The translations under genes and the position numbers were made by a program. 64,000 nt of DNA from Geosiphon pyriformis uo1 (taxonomy: Eukaryota; Fungi; Glomeromycota), in contig JAAOMT010000073.1 in NCBI GenBank assembly GCA_016748015.1, positions 118,393-182,392 on the forward strand, read 5' to 3'. Positions 27,691 to 40,999 of this stretch are shown here, in pieces; positions within the stretch are counted from its first letter, which is position 1; every line of letters begins with the position of its first letter. The notes beneath the pieces were generated by a model. That model saw only the letters and a list, made by a program, of their open reading frames with translations. It did no database searches and was not told where the DNA came from.

Positions 27691-27749
27691 ATATATATTT
27701 TTAAAATAAAAAAAATTTGATCATAAAGATATTACAATATATCAATAAA

Positions 27750-27786
<37 letters not shown>

Positions 27787-28606
27787 GACAAATAATATAA
27801 ATTTCGAATAATTAAAAAATCAAAAGTTTTTCAATGCATTTGAATAATAAAACATAACTAAAAAAATTTAATTTCATCTCGTCAATTTTATATTTTTTAA
27901 ACATTATCATTTTTTTTTAACCTAAAATTTCTATCGTTTAAAAAATTATTAATTCAAAATAAAATATATTTCATCCAAGTTTTTAGGTAACGAACTTTTT
28001 TTTTAATATAAAGAGTTTTTATTATTATTTTAAACGTGTTTTTGAATTTTTACATAAAAAATGATATTAGATATAAGAATTAATTAAAACCAAATAAATA
28101 TTTAAAATATTATAATACTTTAAAGAAATTTTAAAAAATATATATTCTATAAAACTTATAATCTATAAAAAAAATTAAACTAAATGTTTCCAAGACACTA
28201 AGTCAAATTTCAACTTAGAATTACAAAAAAATTAATACTAATAAAGAATACTAAATGTTCAACCAATTTTTTTTTGTGTGTCCGATAAACAGACTTAAAA
28301 TACAATTTTCTACATTTTCTCCACAATTTCACAAATTTAACTTAATAAAAATCCAACAAATGCCAGTACTAATCATACGAGAGACTACACGCCAAAAAGT
28401 TGGCATGTTAAAGATAAAGAATTTACCAGATCGAACGTAGATAAGCACAGCTTTTTTTGGGTTTATTGATCATCACTTTTATAAAGCAGATCATTGACCT
28501 CTTAAGCAGGCTGCATCACGTGTTAAACCATGGTAAGCAAACCTCTCACTACTCATTGTTATAATGATATTTTAAATTAACCTCCCAACCCCTCAAAATC
28601 TCTCGG

Positions 28607-29004
28607 TTAAACGACCTCAATAGCCTCCTCATCGTCTTCTTCTTCTAATTCTTCATCTTCTCCTCTGGTATTAGTTCTTCGTCTTTTATTCTCTCTTAAT
28701 TCCTCATTCATCTCGTCCAATTCTCGTTTTAACAAGGCCTTTTCCCTCATCAATATATCATTCTCCCGTTTCAGCAATTGCATTTCATATGTTAACGTCT
28801 CCAATTGTTTTCGAGCATGTTCTAGGTCAATATTGGCGATTCGGCTGGATCTTTCTTGTGAATCACACATATAATCTTGACGATCGAAATGTTGTTCGAG
28901 AATGTTGAGAAGTTCCGGAGTTGTGAATCGTGGAATCGTGTTAGGGTTTGGATTTTGATAATATTTGTATTGATAGGAAAGTTGATTTTGTGATTTCGGG
29001 GTCA

Positions 29005-29036
<32 letters not shown>

Positions 29037-29724
29037 AAAGGAGATAAATGTGATCGTTGACGAGGGGTTTTATATCTTCTTGTTTCCAGGTCACGTTTCA
29101 ATGATAGTGATTTAGATGATGGTGATGTTGGAACGGTCATGAAATCCCCAGAGTTTGATTCAACTCTTGTATCCATGTCGTCAGAAACGATAATTGGCCG
29201 AGAATTGTCAGTTAATTTTGATTGCTCAGCGAATCGAACGTGACGATTTGATTGGGATGGTGTTGATATATTTTCATTATGATTTTGATTTTTAACAGAG
29301 GTTGAATCAACAGTTGAGGGTAACTTAGTCGTTGATGTCATCAAATCATTTCGATTGATAGGTGGAAGGAATTGGGTGATCGTATTCATGGTTGAATTAG
29401 GAATATGTTGATGAGCAGCCATTTTTCCTGCCGCTCTTTCTGATACTGTATGTGGGGTGGCATGATTTTTACCATCGAATAGGATAGAATTCTGAGGTGG
29501 ATTACCACCAGGTAATTGACCCGTTGTTAGATCACCTTCTGATAACCATCGAAAATATTCGCATCTTTGATCATGTTCATCACTACCGAATCTTGCACAT
29601 TTCCAAAAATATCTACCAAAATTTTCGCTTTGTTTTTTGACGCGTCTTTTTACGGTCGGTCGGTTGCACCAACATTGTGGTGGCTCTATTATGGTTGACT
29701 TGGTTGGAATGATAGTAGCAGTAA

Positions 29725-29759
<35 letters not shown>

Positions 29760-29836
29760 ATAGTAGTAGGTGAGGGAAGAGTTGATGAGCGACTTGTAAA
29801 GGTGGTGAGATTTGATTGTTCAGCGTGAGAATTCAT
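28607..29836 (-). CDS. GRF-type zinc finger protein with disordered middle and C-terminal coiled coil
   Basis: 409-aa ORF. CWC-NRP...KKQSENFGRYFWKC...CEYFRW fits zf-GRF. Heptad-like LETLTYEMQLLKRENDILMREKALLKRELDEM, then an acidic tail. Confidence 0.85.
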
Positions 29837-30240
29837 TTTTTATTTTTATTTTTTTTTCTTTGAGGTTTATACTATGGTTTAAAAAAAGGGGACAAAGATT
29901 TTGACTGGGAATGGAATAATTTGAAAATTTGAAATAGAAGAAGATTTTACGAGGGAAAGAAGTTTGTTCAGGAAAATTTTGACGTGAAAAAAATAAAATA
30001 AAAATTTGTGCGAAACACAAAACCGTTTTATATATATTCAGAATGCTATTACAAATAACCCCAAGCAATAAATCAAATGCACAATTAAATAAAATCTTTT
30101 AGTAAAGGTGGGCGAAATGCTGCGTGTGATCCAGAATTCTCGAATGAGATAAGATATCGTCAAATTTAACAATTAAGAAGCCGATGATGAATTTTTTAAC
30201 TGGTTTAATACGTAACCAAGTAATTTAAGACAGTAAAAAG

Positions 30241-30305
30241 AAGAAGAAAAGAAGAAAAGAAAAGAAAAGAAAAGAAAAGAAAAGAAAAGAAAAGAAAAAA
30301 GAAGA
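30241..30305. repeat. (GAAAA)n microsatellite
   Basis: Direct reading. Confidence 0.85.
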
Positions 30306-32165
30306 GAATGATTTAATGGGTTTCAGTTGAATAAATTTTTTTGTGGGTAGACAACGAACGAAGACGGTCCTTTTTATTAGCGTCGAAAAAATCACACGGT
30401 CTAACCATCCTATCCATTTGCACCGCCTCTTTTGCTTAGTTATGTTCTATATTATGGTAACAATAATAAGTACTTTTTTTTCTTTTTTTTAGTTTAATGA
30501 TTATATAAAATTAGAATATGAAACGCCAATCCCAAGCCTGTCGCAGCATTGAGAAACAGAAAGATTGACAAAATCAAACAGACACACACACACACACACA
30601 CATACACATGCGGGTGAGGCAACGTTGGAAAAAAAAAAATTTTTTTTTCGTTTATTTTGGGCGTCAAAAAATCATGTTATTTATCAATCAAAATTAGTAA
30701 AAAAGCTATGATAAGGTATGTGTTGGGGGAATGTCAAACCAGCGGACCAACGTATAAACAGGTACAAAATTAGGGTTTAAAGTTTCACAAAAAGTCATGG
30801 CTTTCATGCTACGTTGTGTCATGTTGTGCCAAGATATTTCATAGAAATTCCGATTTGGCCAATTAAATAATTAAAAAGGTAAATTATTCCTGAATTATTA
30901 TTTTTTATTGATTGTCCTTTAAACTTTCCCCCGAATAGCCATCCATGATTATAATATAATTTTTTTTTTGCTGTCTTATCTTGTCCTGTTCACATCGGTC
31001 ATTTAAGTTGACATCAACATTGTGTCAGTCGGTTAGTTCCTATTGTTTATAATGATGATGATGATGATGATGATGATCATGATAATGATAATAATGAGAT
31101 TTAATGAAAGACTTTGTGTTCGGGAATAAATTTTCAGTCGATTAGTATGACCCTCCTGTTTTCTAATAATATTAAGTGCTTCCAATTAATTATGTTTGAT
31201 TGGTTATATTAACAATGGTCACAGAGGGTCAGTGTGTTTGACAGTAATTTTAATTAAATCATTTATTTTGTGAGATAATTAATTTTTAGTGGGACAGAAA
31301 TTTCCTGACGAACTATTAAAAAATCACCCGATATTGGTTAAACAATCGCTATTTGTCGATCAAACGGCATGTCGCTCTTTTTTTTTTTTTTTTTTTTTTC
31401 ATTTTGTCAACGGTTCCTTCAAACGATCAAATGACAGACATTCAATTGACATTCGTGTTTGAGGCAATGAGGGAAACAAGGAGTATTCTTAATATCGATT
31501 GATTACGCCCAACAGTTGTAGTAAGCGCATTTTTGTTGACCTTATTTACATTAATATATGAGACGCAGGTACATCTGCGCCAATAGACAAAAGTAAGTGA
31601 AAGAACGGAAAAGTCCTAGTGCGTCAGACATTTTAGTTGACACATGATTTAAGAAATCGCGTATAAATTTCAGATGGACTTTTCTTAAAACTGATATTGG
31701 GGGATGTTTATAGTTGACCGAGTTCACCGGTTCATCAATAGTCAAAGTTACTTTTTAAGAATATTTATCATTATATTACTCAAAAAAGTTTTGAAAAAAT
31801 AAAAATAAAAATAAAAATAAAAATAAAAATAATTATAGACACTTTCCGTGTGAAAAAAAGTTTCATGAAAAAAAATAAATAAATAAATAAAAGGAAAAAA
31901 ATTTCACATGGTTTATTATTTTAAGCTAGTGAGATGAATCATAGGATGTTTCAAAATTTGTTTGGATTTTTGAAAAATTTTTTTTATTAATCGTAAAATT
32001 TAGATCAGAAGTTAATATGACGAATAAGTAGTTTCACCTGCTTTTTACTCTAAAAGAAAGCTTTTGATTATTCTTGATTTTAAAAATTTCAGAAAAATTT
32101 TTAACTTTGAACAAATATTTCTTTTTAGAGTTGTTTTTAGATATAGATATAGATATAGATATAGA

Positions 32166-32207
<42 letters not shown>

Positions 32208-32860
32208 AGTACATGATGGTTAATTGAAAGTATAATTTTAATTTTTAACGCAGGATAAGCGTCAACTGTATGTAAACTGTGAAAACATTCTTTTTTTGAA
32301 CCACTAAAAACTTTTTTGAACTGGGCCAAAAGATCCAAAAGATCCGAAGATTGATAAATCTTTCAAAATTTCATAAATAGTAAAATAAATATAATTTATT
32401 ATTATGTATGAGATCAAAAAATTTTGAAATGTTTTAGATCTGAATGATTTATTTTATCGATTACTAATAATATTAATGTGAAAAAAAAAAAGATAAAAAC
32501 TGCGGGTAAAAAGTACAATATTTTAACCATTGATATCCATAAAGTAAGAAAAAACATGAACAAATATCAGGCAATATTTAATCGAGTGACGCCCAATAAG
32601 TTTGTTTCAATTCCTCACAAATCAATTCCGCTGTTTCATCATACTAAATTGGGATTAATTGTCAATTTTATTATTGCGATGACTAACATAATAGTAATAG
32701 CAAATAGGTTTTTTTTTTCAGAAATAGGGATTAAAGTTTTTGACAAACAATAATCATTTGATCCATGACTCATATATAAAAATATCCCCATGATTAATTG
32801 AATTTTGTTAACTATAAAAATATAATTATTATTGTTGTATGTAGGAGTTAATAGATACGC

Positions 32861-32972
32861 AAAAAAAAAGAAAAGAAAGAAAAAGAAGAAAAAGAAAATA
32901 AAAAGAAAAGAAAAGAAAAGAAAAAGAAAAAGAAAAAGAAAAAGAAAAAGAAAAAGAAAAAGAAAAAAAGAA
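32861..32972. repeat. Purine-only (GAAAA/GAAAAA)n tract
   Basis: Direct reading. Confidence 0.85.
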
Positions 32973-33643
32973 ATTTAACCAGATTTCAGATTTAAAGAAT
33001 CTAATTACTAATCCCTCAAACTGTTTGTCATTGTGGGATTAAATAAGTTTCACCTTTTTTTTCTTTTACGTGAAAAAGGCATCGAACGATGATCTTATCT
33101 AAATGAACTTCTTAGAAATAACATCTTTATTTTGTTTGCCAGTCTGCAAAGTGACGCAGCCGCATGTTAACAAAAAATCATTTTAAGCGATTTTTTACCC
33201 AAAGTAGATAAAAAGTTGTTATAGACAGGAATTATTTTTTTTTCGTAATTTTACTTTGGGAATTCATAAGCCGAATGCAAAATAAACTAAATCAAGTTTT
33301 GAACCCCCTAATACTGTAATATAACTTTTTAAATTACAAGAAAATCCGATTAAAATTTTTTTGATATATCAATCTTTATACTACTCACCATTTCAAGTCT
33401 CATATTTTTCATTGTTGTCTGAGTTCATTTAATAGTACAAGAAAGCTGCGGTCAATATTGGTGACATAATTTAATACATTTTTATATCATTTTTTAACCA
33501 ATTGCTAACGAAATCTTTTAATCTGGAAAAAATTCAATGCATAATAATTTTTTTTTAATAATAATAACTTTTTAAATAAAGCTATTTATTACTAAATGCT
33601 ATATATAATTTTAAAAAATTTTAACAACTGCAAACAAAGAATA

Positions 33644-33647
<4 letters not shown>

Positions 33648-33724
<77 letters not shown>
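33648..33724. repeat. (AAT)n microsatellite at the edge of an AT-rich block (~33500-34750)
   Basis: Direct reading. Confidence 0.9.
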
Positions 33725-35166
33725 GCTTGTTGAAAAATTGTTTAAGAATAAGATGTTAGATTATTAACTTTGAAATAACTATTTATTAATTTTTTTAGTA
33801 AAACTATACAATTTGGTATTTAAACTTATAAACACTAAAAAAAATTGAATGTTATGTTTCAATAACCAATTTTTTTTTTTTAAAAAAAAAAAGAAATTTA
33901 TGAATTAAAATTATATTTAATAAATCTAAAAAATATAGTTTCTAAATAGTTTAAAAAATTATGTATAATATATATTTTGTTATCTTAAATATTTGAAAAA
34001 TATTTTTTCTATTAAAAAATTAAACAATTAATTATGTTAAACAAAACAAATATAAATAAAAATATAAATAAAAATACTAAAAACATTATGTAAAACCTTA
34101 ATCTTTGTAAATTTAAAAAAGTGTTTAATTTATGAAAATAATTTAATTTAAAAAATTTAATTTTAAAAATTCAAAATTATTAATAGTTTATATTTAAATA
34201 TTAGCCAAAAAATTATTTAAAATTGCTATTAATAAATTGTGAAATTGTTATAAATATTATTGTTAATAGATTGTATAAGTTTTTGTAACAAAAAAAAAAA
34301 AATACTAAAATTGGAAAAAAGTGGTTTAATCTGTAATTAGAAAATAATAAATATTATATAAATAAAAAAACTCAATAAAGATAAAAATAAGACATTAATT
34401 AAATGTAGTTTATAGATTCGAAAAATCCCATTTCAAATGATAACTTATATTAAAAAAGTTTCTGAATTTGATTTTCTCTAAAATATATATTTATGTAATA
34501 TAAACTAGTCTTGATTAGCTTAAAAGGCTGGTTATATGTAAATGAAAGTATTTATTTAACTTTAAAAACCCTAGAAAATAGATATATTGTAAATAATTTT
34601 AAAATAATATAAAATGTCAAAGCAATTAACAAGCATTTACATATAAAAAATACAATATAAAATTAATTTACATCATATTTACCAAATATTATAATATAAT
34701 CAAAACAAAAAAGTTCTTTTTAGTAAATAAATGAAATTTCTATCTAAAAATCTATATATTTCAAAAATTTATGAATTTCTCTTTTAATGCTCAAATACAC
34801 GCAATTCTTTAATTTATCTTGTTCAATGGAAAATCTTTGTCAGACTCAATACCATTATATTATTTGCCTATAAAATTTAAAAATGGAATTAATTTTTTTC
34901 GGAATCGCCCACCTTTTTATATGTCTCATATTTTGAAATGTTTCTGTTCAGTTGTTCTTTCATCAAAAATCGCAATTTCTTCACTAATTTCGACCATAGT
35001 TTTCTAGCATAACTAGCTAAAAATTGGCAATCATCTAAGCTTGAATTAAAATGGTGGTACATAACCTTTACCTTTTATGACAAACGAAGATCAGATAAAT
35101 TGCCCGAATTCAGTTTGAGTTTCTTTAATTTGACACCTCACCAATTTGAATTAAGGATTTTTAAAA

Positions 35167-36636
35167 ATGAATTATTTAGAGCTTTTCGCTGTCTTGTTGG
35201 TCTCCTTTCTTATTCAAGAAATCTATAAGGTATATTTGATTCATATACAAGATCTGAACATATTTTCAAAGTCACCATTTTTTAAAAGCTTTAAATTTGG
35301 GGAACAGACTCTGAGAAAATCTTACTTTGGACCACTTAGTCATATTCCTGGACCAAGGTTATTGCCCTTGACCAGCTTAAGTTTGGCACTTAGGATAATA
35401 AAAGGAGACTGGTATTTTATTAATCAAATCACTTTTGATCTCCAGAAAAATTATATTTGATAATATTCTGTTAATTTTCCTTGGCCCCCAGCTGGAAAGT
35501 TTTCCATTTAGATTTTCACCCGAAATACGGACCAGTTGTTCGTATCGGTCGGTATTTGACTAGAATTTTCAAATATACATAAATAAGTAATATTATTTTG
35601 GTATCATCTATTCTCGTTACAATTTTTTTTTTCTATAGCTGAAAATGAGATTATTGTTGCCGACAAGGATGCTGCTAAAGAGGTATTTTCTTGCTCACGT
35701 AATTTCAATCATGAAAATGAAAATTCGTATTAAACTTGCATTAACTTTGAGCTTTATTCAATAACCGAAAAGATTTTGGTGACAAAGGTACTCTTTGCAT
35801 GGTTACTAGTAATGAATCAGGCTGGTTGTTACGAATATTCATTTAGATTTTTCATTTTTGCTATTTCAGGATTACCCAAAAAGTTTTATATACTCTGACT
35901 ATCAACATGAAGGGCGAGAAACCTTATTTCTCTCGGTGTAAGGAAATTTTTTTGAATTCTATTTTAAAGACCTTCAGATTTTTTATAATTTTTGGCATTT
36001 TTTTGCTTCCAACAGTCGTAAATCATTTGTCAAAGAACGTGTAAGTTGTTCTAATGTTAAGACGCTTGTCATTTTTTTTTATCCAACAATCAAACTAAAA
36101 CTTCTCCCAATTTTTATCTTTGAATTTTTAGCGACGTCTTCTATCACCAGCTTTTTCAATAAAGAATTTGTATTTACTCGAGAAATTGATGCGGAAATGC
36201 CTTGAGAATGTTGTCCTGGCTCTAGATGAAAAACTTGAGGCTGCTCCACACGATGAGGGAATTATTCTTGATATTTATCGATTTAACAAAAAATGGGCTC
36301 TCGTAAGTGGTCAAAAAAGTAGAAATGGCAAATTTGAAACTCTGCTTCAAAATAAAATATTTCTTAAACTATTTCAGGATATCATTGGGGAATGCGCGTT
36401 TGGTACCTCATTTGGTCTAGTGAAAACGGGACAGGAACATCCATTAATGAATCTTTTAGCTAGAAATTTTCTGATACGCGTTCTGGTAAATATTTTTTGT
36501 AGACCTATTTAATCCTATAATCCTTTCATAAGTTTAATTTTGATTACCTGATCCTTAGAACGGTACTTTACCTTTTTTCAAATACTTTTTGAAAGAGGAT
36601 CCCTATGTTATTAAAGTAAGATTCCCTTTGACATTC

Positions 36637-36680
<44 letters not shown>

Positions 36681-37921
36681 TCTTTTTGATTTCTCTTAGT
36701 TCTCCCAAGACCTCCTAAATGATCGCCGTCAAAAAGGCCGGTCAGATATTAGGGATATTCTTCAAATTTTGGTTGATTCTGAGCTTAGCGATGACGATAT
36801 CATCGAGGAAATAACAGATTTCATGTAAATCTCATCTATTTTCTTTAATTGCGCAAATGTTAAGCTCTCCTATTTTCACTCTTATTATATAGGCTCGCTG
36901 GAAGCGATACAACTAGTCACACTGCTTCAATGGCGTTTATCTTGTTAGTACAAAATCCTGAAAAGATGACGTCTCTTCGTCAAGAGTTAGAGACCAACAT
37001 TGACCTCAATACTTCCCTGTCTATCGCCAAACATGAAGATTTAAAAACTTTACCTTATTTAAATGGGGTGATTCATGAAACCATGCGTCTTTACCCAATT
37101 GGAATAGGTAAATTTTTGTATACTTGGACTGTTATTATTTTTAAAAGTTGGTTTCTTATTCTTTATTTTGTTTTAAAACTCCGAATGAAAGAAACATGTA
37201 AGTTCAGCAACATTTGTTTTCAATTTCATATAACTTCGGGAATTTAACTGTTATGGGAGGTAATTTTAGCTTCTGCAAGAATGACTACAGAAGATTCAAT
37301 CATCGGAGGCTATTTTATTCCTAAGGGAGTATGTGAATATCCTATTTAAACTGATGCCTTTTATATTTAGTAATTATTTGTTCTTAAAACTTGAACTGTT
37401 GATTATATCGGTTCTGCAAGACCGATGTATACATAAGTGCCTATTCAATTCACCATTCAAAACAATATTGGGGAGATGATGCTGAAGAATTTAAACCTGA
37501 ACGATGGCTGGATCCTCTCAAAGTTCCGCGGGACGCTTTTCATTCATTTTCTGCAGGTAAAGAATATCTTTGCTCCTGTAGCATCAGAAAAATCAAATGG
37601 TGAATTATTATTCATGTTCCTTTCTCATTTGACAACAACCCTTATAAAACAGGCACTAGAATGTGTATTGGAAATAAGTAAATCTTTTGAATCTACATTT
37701 TTGTGTTTTGAACTTGATAATTTAAACAAGGCATTCAAAAAACTACAAATTCTTTATTACATGAATTCAGCTTTGCATTGCAAGAATTACGTCTCGCATT
37801 GGCAACTTTGATCCTACGATATAATTTTGAAGAAATCAAAGGTCAAGATGTCAGTATTGTCTCATATATGACACCTAGTTTAAAGACAAATCGGTATGAT
37901 GTTCGAATGTTTAAAAAATAA
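35167..37921 (+). CDS. Cytochrome P450, about 16 exons
   Basis: N-terminal anchor, GPLSHIPGP, KYGPVVRI, RRLLSPAFS, DIIGECAFG, I-helix LAGSDTT, ETMR (ExxR), FKPERW and heme motif FSAG|TRMCIGN|NFA. Fifteen GT-AG introns traced by eye; stop TAA at 37919-37921. Confidence 0.92.
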
Positions 37922-39359
37922 TTCTAACAATTCCGGACTGTAAAGATCTAGACTTTTTAATGGATTTATTTGAAATAAACAAATCTTTTTTCCCATGATC
38001 AATCACTAAAAATTTAAAGCCATTATTTTAAATATGTACTGAAAATGTTTAAATATGGTTATTAGAATCCTACATATTGCTGGGAAGGGGAGGTTTTATT
38101 AAAATAAAAATTTGTCGGAAAACCCAAGTTTCAAATTTCTTATTGCTGTTAATTACCGAAATTTTTAATGAACATAAATGGGGTAGCATAAAATTTCAAA
38201 CCAGTAATCGGATTTTTAAAATTTAAAATCTTGATAAGTTTAATAAATCTTTTTGGGATAATCTCTGTACTTATGGGGAACATGTTTTTCTTATCGAATT
38301 GTCACGTTCATAAAATCTCATGCATTTACACAATAGATTTCCGTCACATATTCCCAATTTGAACTTAAATAATGATCGTGATTATATCAAATAATCTTTA
38401 CTTAATGAGAAACAATGATTTCCTTCTCTAGCGGGGTTCGACGTCAAAAAACTTTTAAAATTCTATAATTAGTTGAAATTCGAATCTATTTTTCCAAAGT
38501 AACAGGTTTTTTTCTGGGTTGTCCCTCAAATAAGACGGAGATGAGCACCGATTCACTGGTCTGAAGACTAATTGAGGAACTTTTATTTCCCTTTTTGCTT
38601 GGTCTGAAAAATTTGAGGTGAAAAGTGTCTTGTTAAAAAAAGATTAGCATGACAAATTTTTACATATATATTTAGAACTACTCACGTGTTGAGAACTTGG
38701 CACTCTAAAATTTTTAACGAATCAATTTGAGTCTAGTGAAAATAACTTTCTCCCAATGATGCATTCGAATCTTATTAAATTATAAATTTTTAAATTGGAA
38801 TAATAAAGAATCCATAGCCGATTTCCCGTTAAGATGACGACATCTAAGTACTAAGCGGAAAAACCAGTCATTTTCTCCAAACTTTTCCTGAGATTATTGT
38901 GAACTCCTTTGTTTGCTGTTATATTTTTTGCACTGCAGATTAAAAATATTTAATGTAAGAAGAATTTCAAAGACTGTTTTTTCGCGTAAATATCTCATAA
39001 GAGAGTCCTCAAATAGAATTGGAAATTTCTTGCTTTGATGTCGTAAATAGGAGTCACGGAAAATTCAAAATTTGCCCTTGATAGATTTCATACTTGAACT
39101 CTAAAGGCCTTCAAGATCATAAAAGGAAGTATTATGTTAACAACAGAAAGGTAAAATATGATTTTCAAGAAGTTTCTGAAGGCTCTTATCTTAATTTCAT
39201 TGTTAAGGGTTTGAGGCAACATAATCAAACGTAAGCTGATGAAGAAATATAAAATCCTAAGGTGAGTTGAGCTTCACTCGACCGGGTCAAAATAGTTATG
39301 CAAGTTCTGAATTTGATAAGCTCGTAGTATCAGTCATATTTGCCCCCATTAACTTCAAA

Positions 39360-40442
39360 ATGACATTTCTTGGGACAGATTACGAGGGAGTGAAAGAAAT
39401 TGAAAAAACTCCTTTATTCGAAAAATACAAGGACAGCTTGTACATCGATCATAAAAAATTGGTAGAGCCTTCGACAAACCAAAGAAAAGGTAAACCTCCT
39501 CGCCCCAAAAATTCCTGGATAATTTACAAAATTGATTTCGAGGCAAAAATAAGGGCCAGATGCGATGGTGAAATCATGGAGTTCAGTGATATTCAAAGGA
39601 TGGCTTCAAAGTGTTGGAAAAGCGAGACTGATGAACGAAAGAGTTTTTTTAATTTATTAAGTGAAATGGCCCTTTCAGAACATAATAAGCTTTATCCGAA
39701 GTACAAATATAGGCCCGATAGGTGTTGTAGTCTTCAAAGAACTAATTCTAAGCCGGGTCCAAAATCTGGAAAGTTCAAACAGAAAAAAATAAAGAGTCTT
39801 GATAGTTATATAAATGTTTTTTCCAAAAATCAGCCAAATCCCCTAAAAATCGGTGAGGGGTCAATTTTTTTGACTAGTGATGATTTCACTTACGAATCTA
39901 AAAATAAGTCGGATTTTATTCACCCTACCCACAACTTTCCATTCCTTAATCACGACAACTTAGGAATTGATTTTGGGAATTTAACCTCCAACACAAATTT
40001 TCCCAATTATGTGTCAAGTACGCAAAATTTTCCTTTGATACCCAGTCAGTCGGATCAAATGTTACTTGTAGAAAATACTTCTTATGAGACATTTTTTGGC
40101 GCTCCTATGAATAACAACCAGCCCGTTCCCAGCCTGACTTATACAAATCCTGATTTCAATTCGAATCCAAGTAGTTTTGGAACGACAACAAACTTACTTC
40201 TTCCTCACCCCAATAATACTTATTCGAATGTCGAAACCTTTTTTCCACTTGAGCAAATGACAAATATTTCCCAATTTGTTTTAGATGAATCTGATCCAGG
40301 GTTCAGTACGGGTTTCAGCCTCTCAAATGATATTGATTTTGGTTTTCAAAATGCATCTGATCCCTATTCTAAACCTGAAATTGATCCGAACACTTCAGGT
40401 GAATTCCTGTGTGAAAATATTCATCTTTATTTTTCTTTTTGA
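39360..40442 (+). CDS. MATA-type HMG-box transcription factor
   Basis: KPPRPKNSWIIYK...ASKCWKSETDERKSFFNLLSEMALSEHNKLYPKYKYRP followed by an N/S/F/P-rich low-complexity tail. First in-frame ATG at 39360. A 3' intron near 40399 is possible. Confidence 0.88.
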   Translation: MTFLGTDYEGVKEIEKTPLFEKYKDSLYIDHKKLVEPSTNQRKGKPPRPKNSWIIYKIDFEAKIRARCDGEIMEFSDIQRMASKCWKSETDERKSFFNLLSEMALSEHNKLYPKYKYRPDRCCSLQRTNSKPGPKSGKFKQKKIKSLDSYINVFSKNQPNPLKIGEGSIFLTSDDFTYESKNKSDFIHPTHNFPFLNHDNLGIDFGNLTSNTNFPNYVSSTQNFPLIPSQSDQMLLVENTSYETFFGAPMNNNQPVPSLTYTNPDFNSNPSSFGTTTNLLLPHPNNTYSNVETFFPLEQMTNISQFVLDESDPGFSTGFSLSNDIDFGFQNASDPYSKPEIDPNTSGEFLCENIHLYFSF

Positions 40443-40999
40443 ATAATGGGAAAGAAATCGGTTAAAAACATAGCAAATCTAGATTTTCTTTTCGTTTTTT
40501 CGCAATCGTGACATTCTCGCGTTTTCAATGTTTTCGTAAAGTTCTCTCGCAACGTACTTTTATAATTTTCATTTGCAACCTCGTTCGTAGATTACCCCTT
40601 TTCCAGGTTAAAACCCGGGACGTTGTTTTTTTCAAAAAAATACGCTTTAGTCTCTACCATCATTTGGAAGCCTTCGAACATTTTTCATTAACAGACTTCA
40701 ATAAGTAAATATGGGGTGAGCCAATTCAAAAGTAAAGTTTTAATTTTTGAATGGCCACGTGTTCCTATACATACCACCATAATATATAAGGATATGATAT
40801 AATATGATAGGATATGATAAAATAAAAAGGTCGGGGAAAATGAAAAGCAATAAATCAAGTATGGATTATGAAATATGATTTTTATTCAGTGTATAGGCAG
40901 AAATTATTAGACTCAGACGCAGTAATTTTAAAGAGTCCTCTTAGCAGTAAAAATTTAAAGCAAAAACAATATCAAAAAATCTTAATTATTTAATAGATT

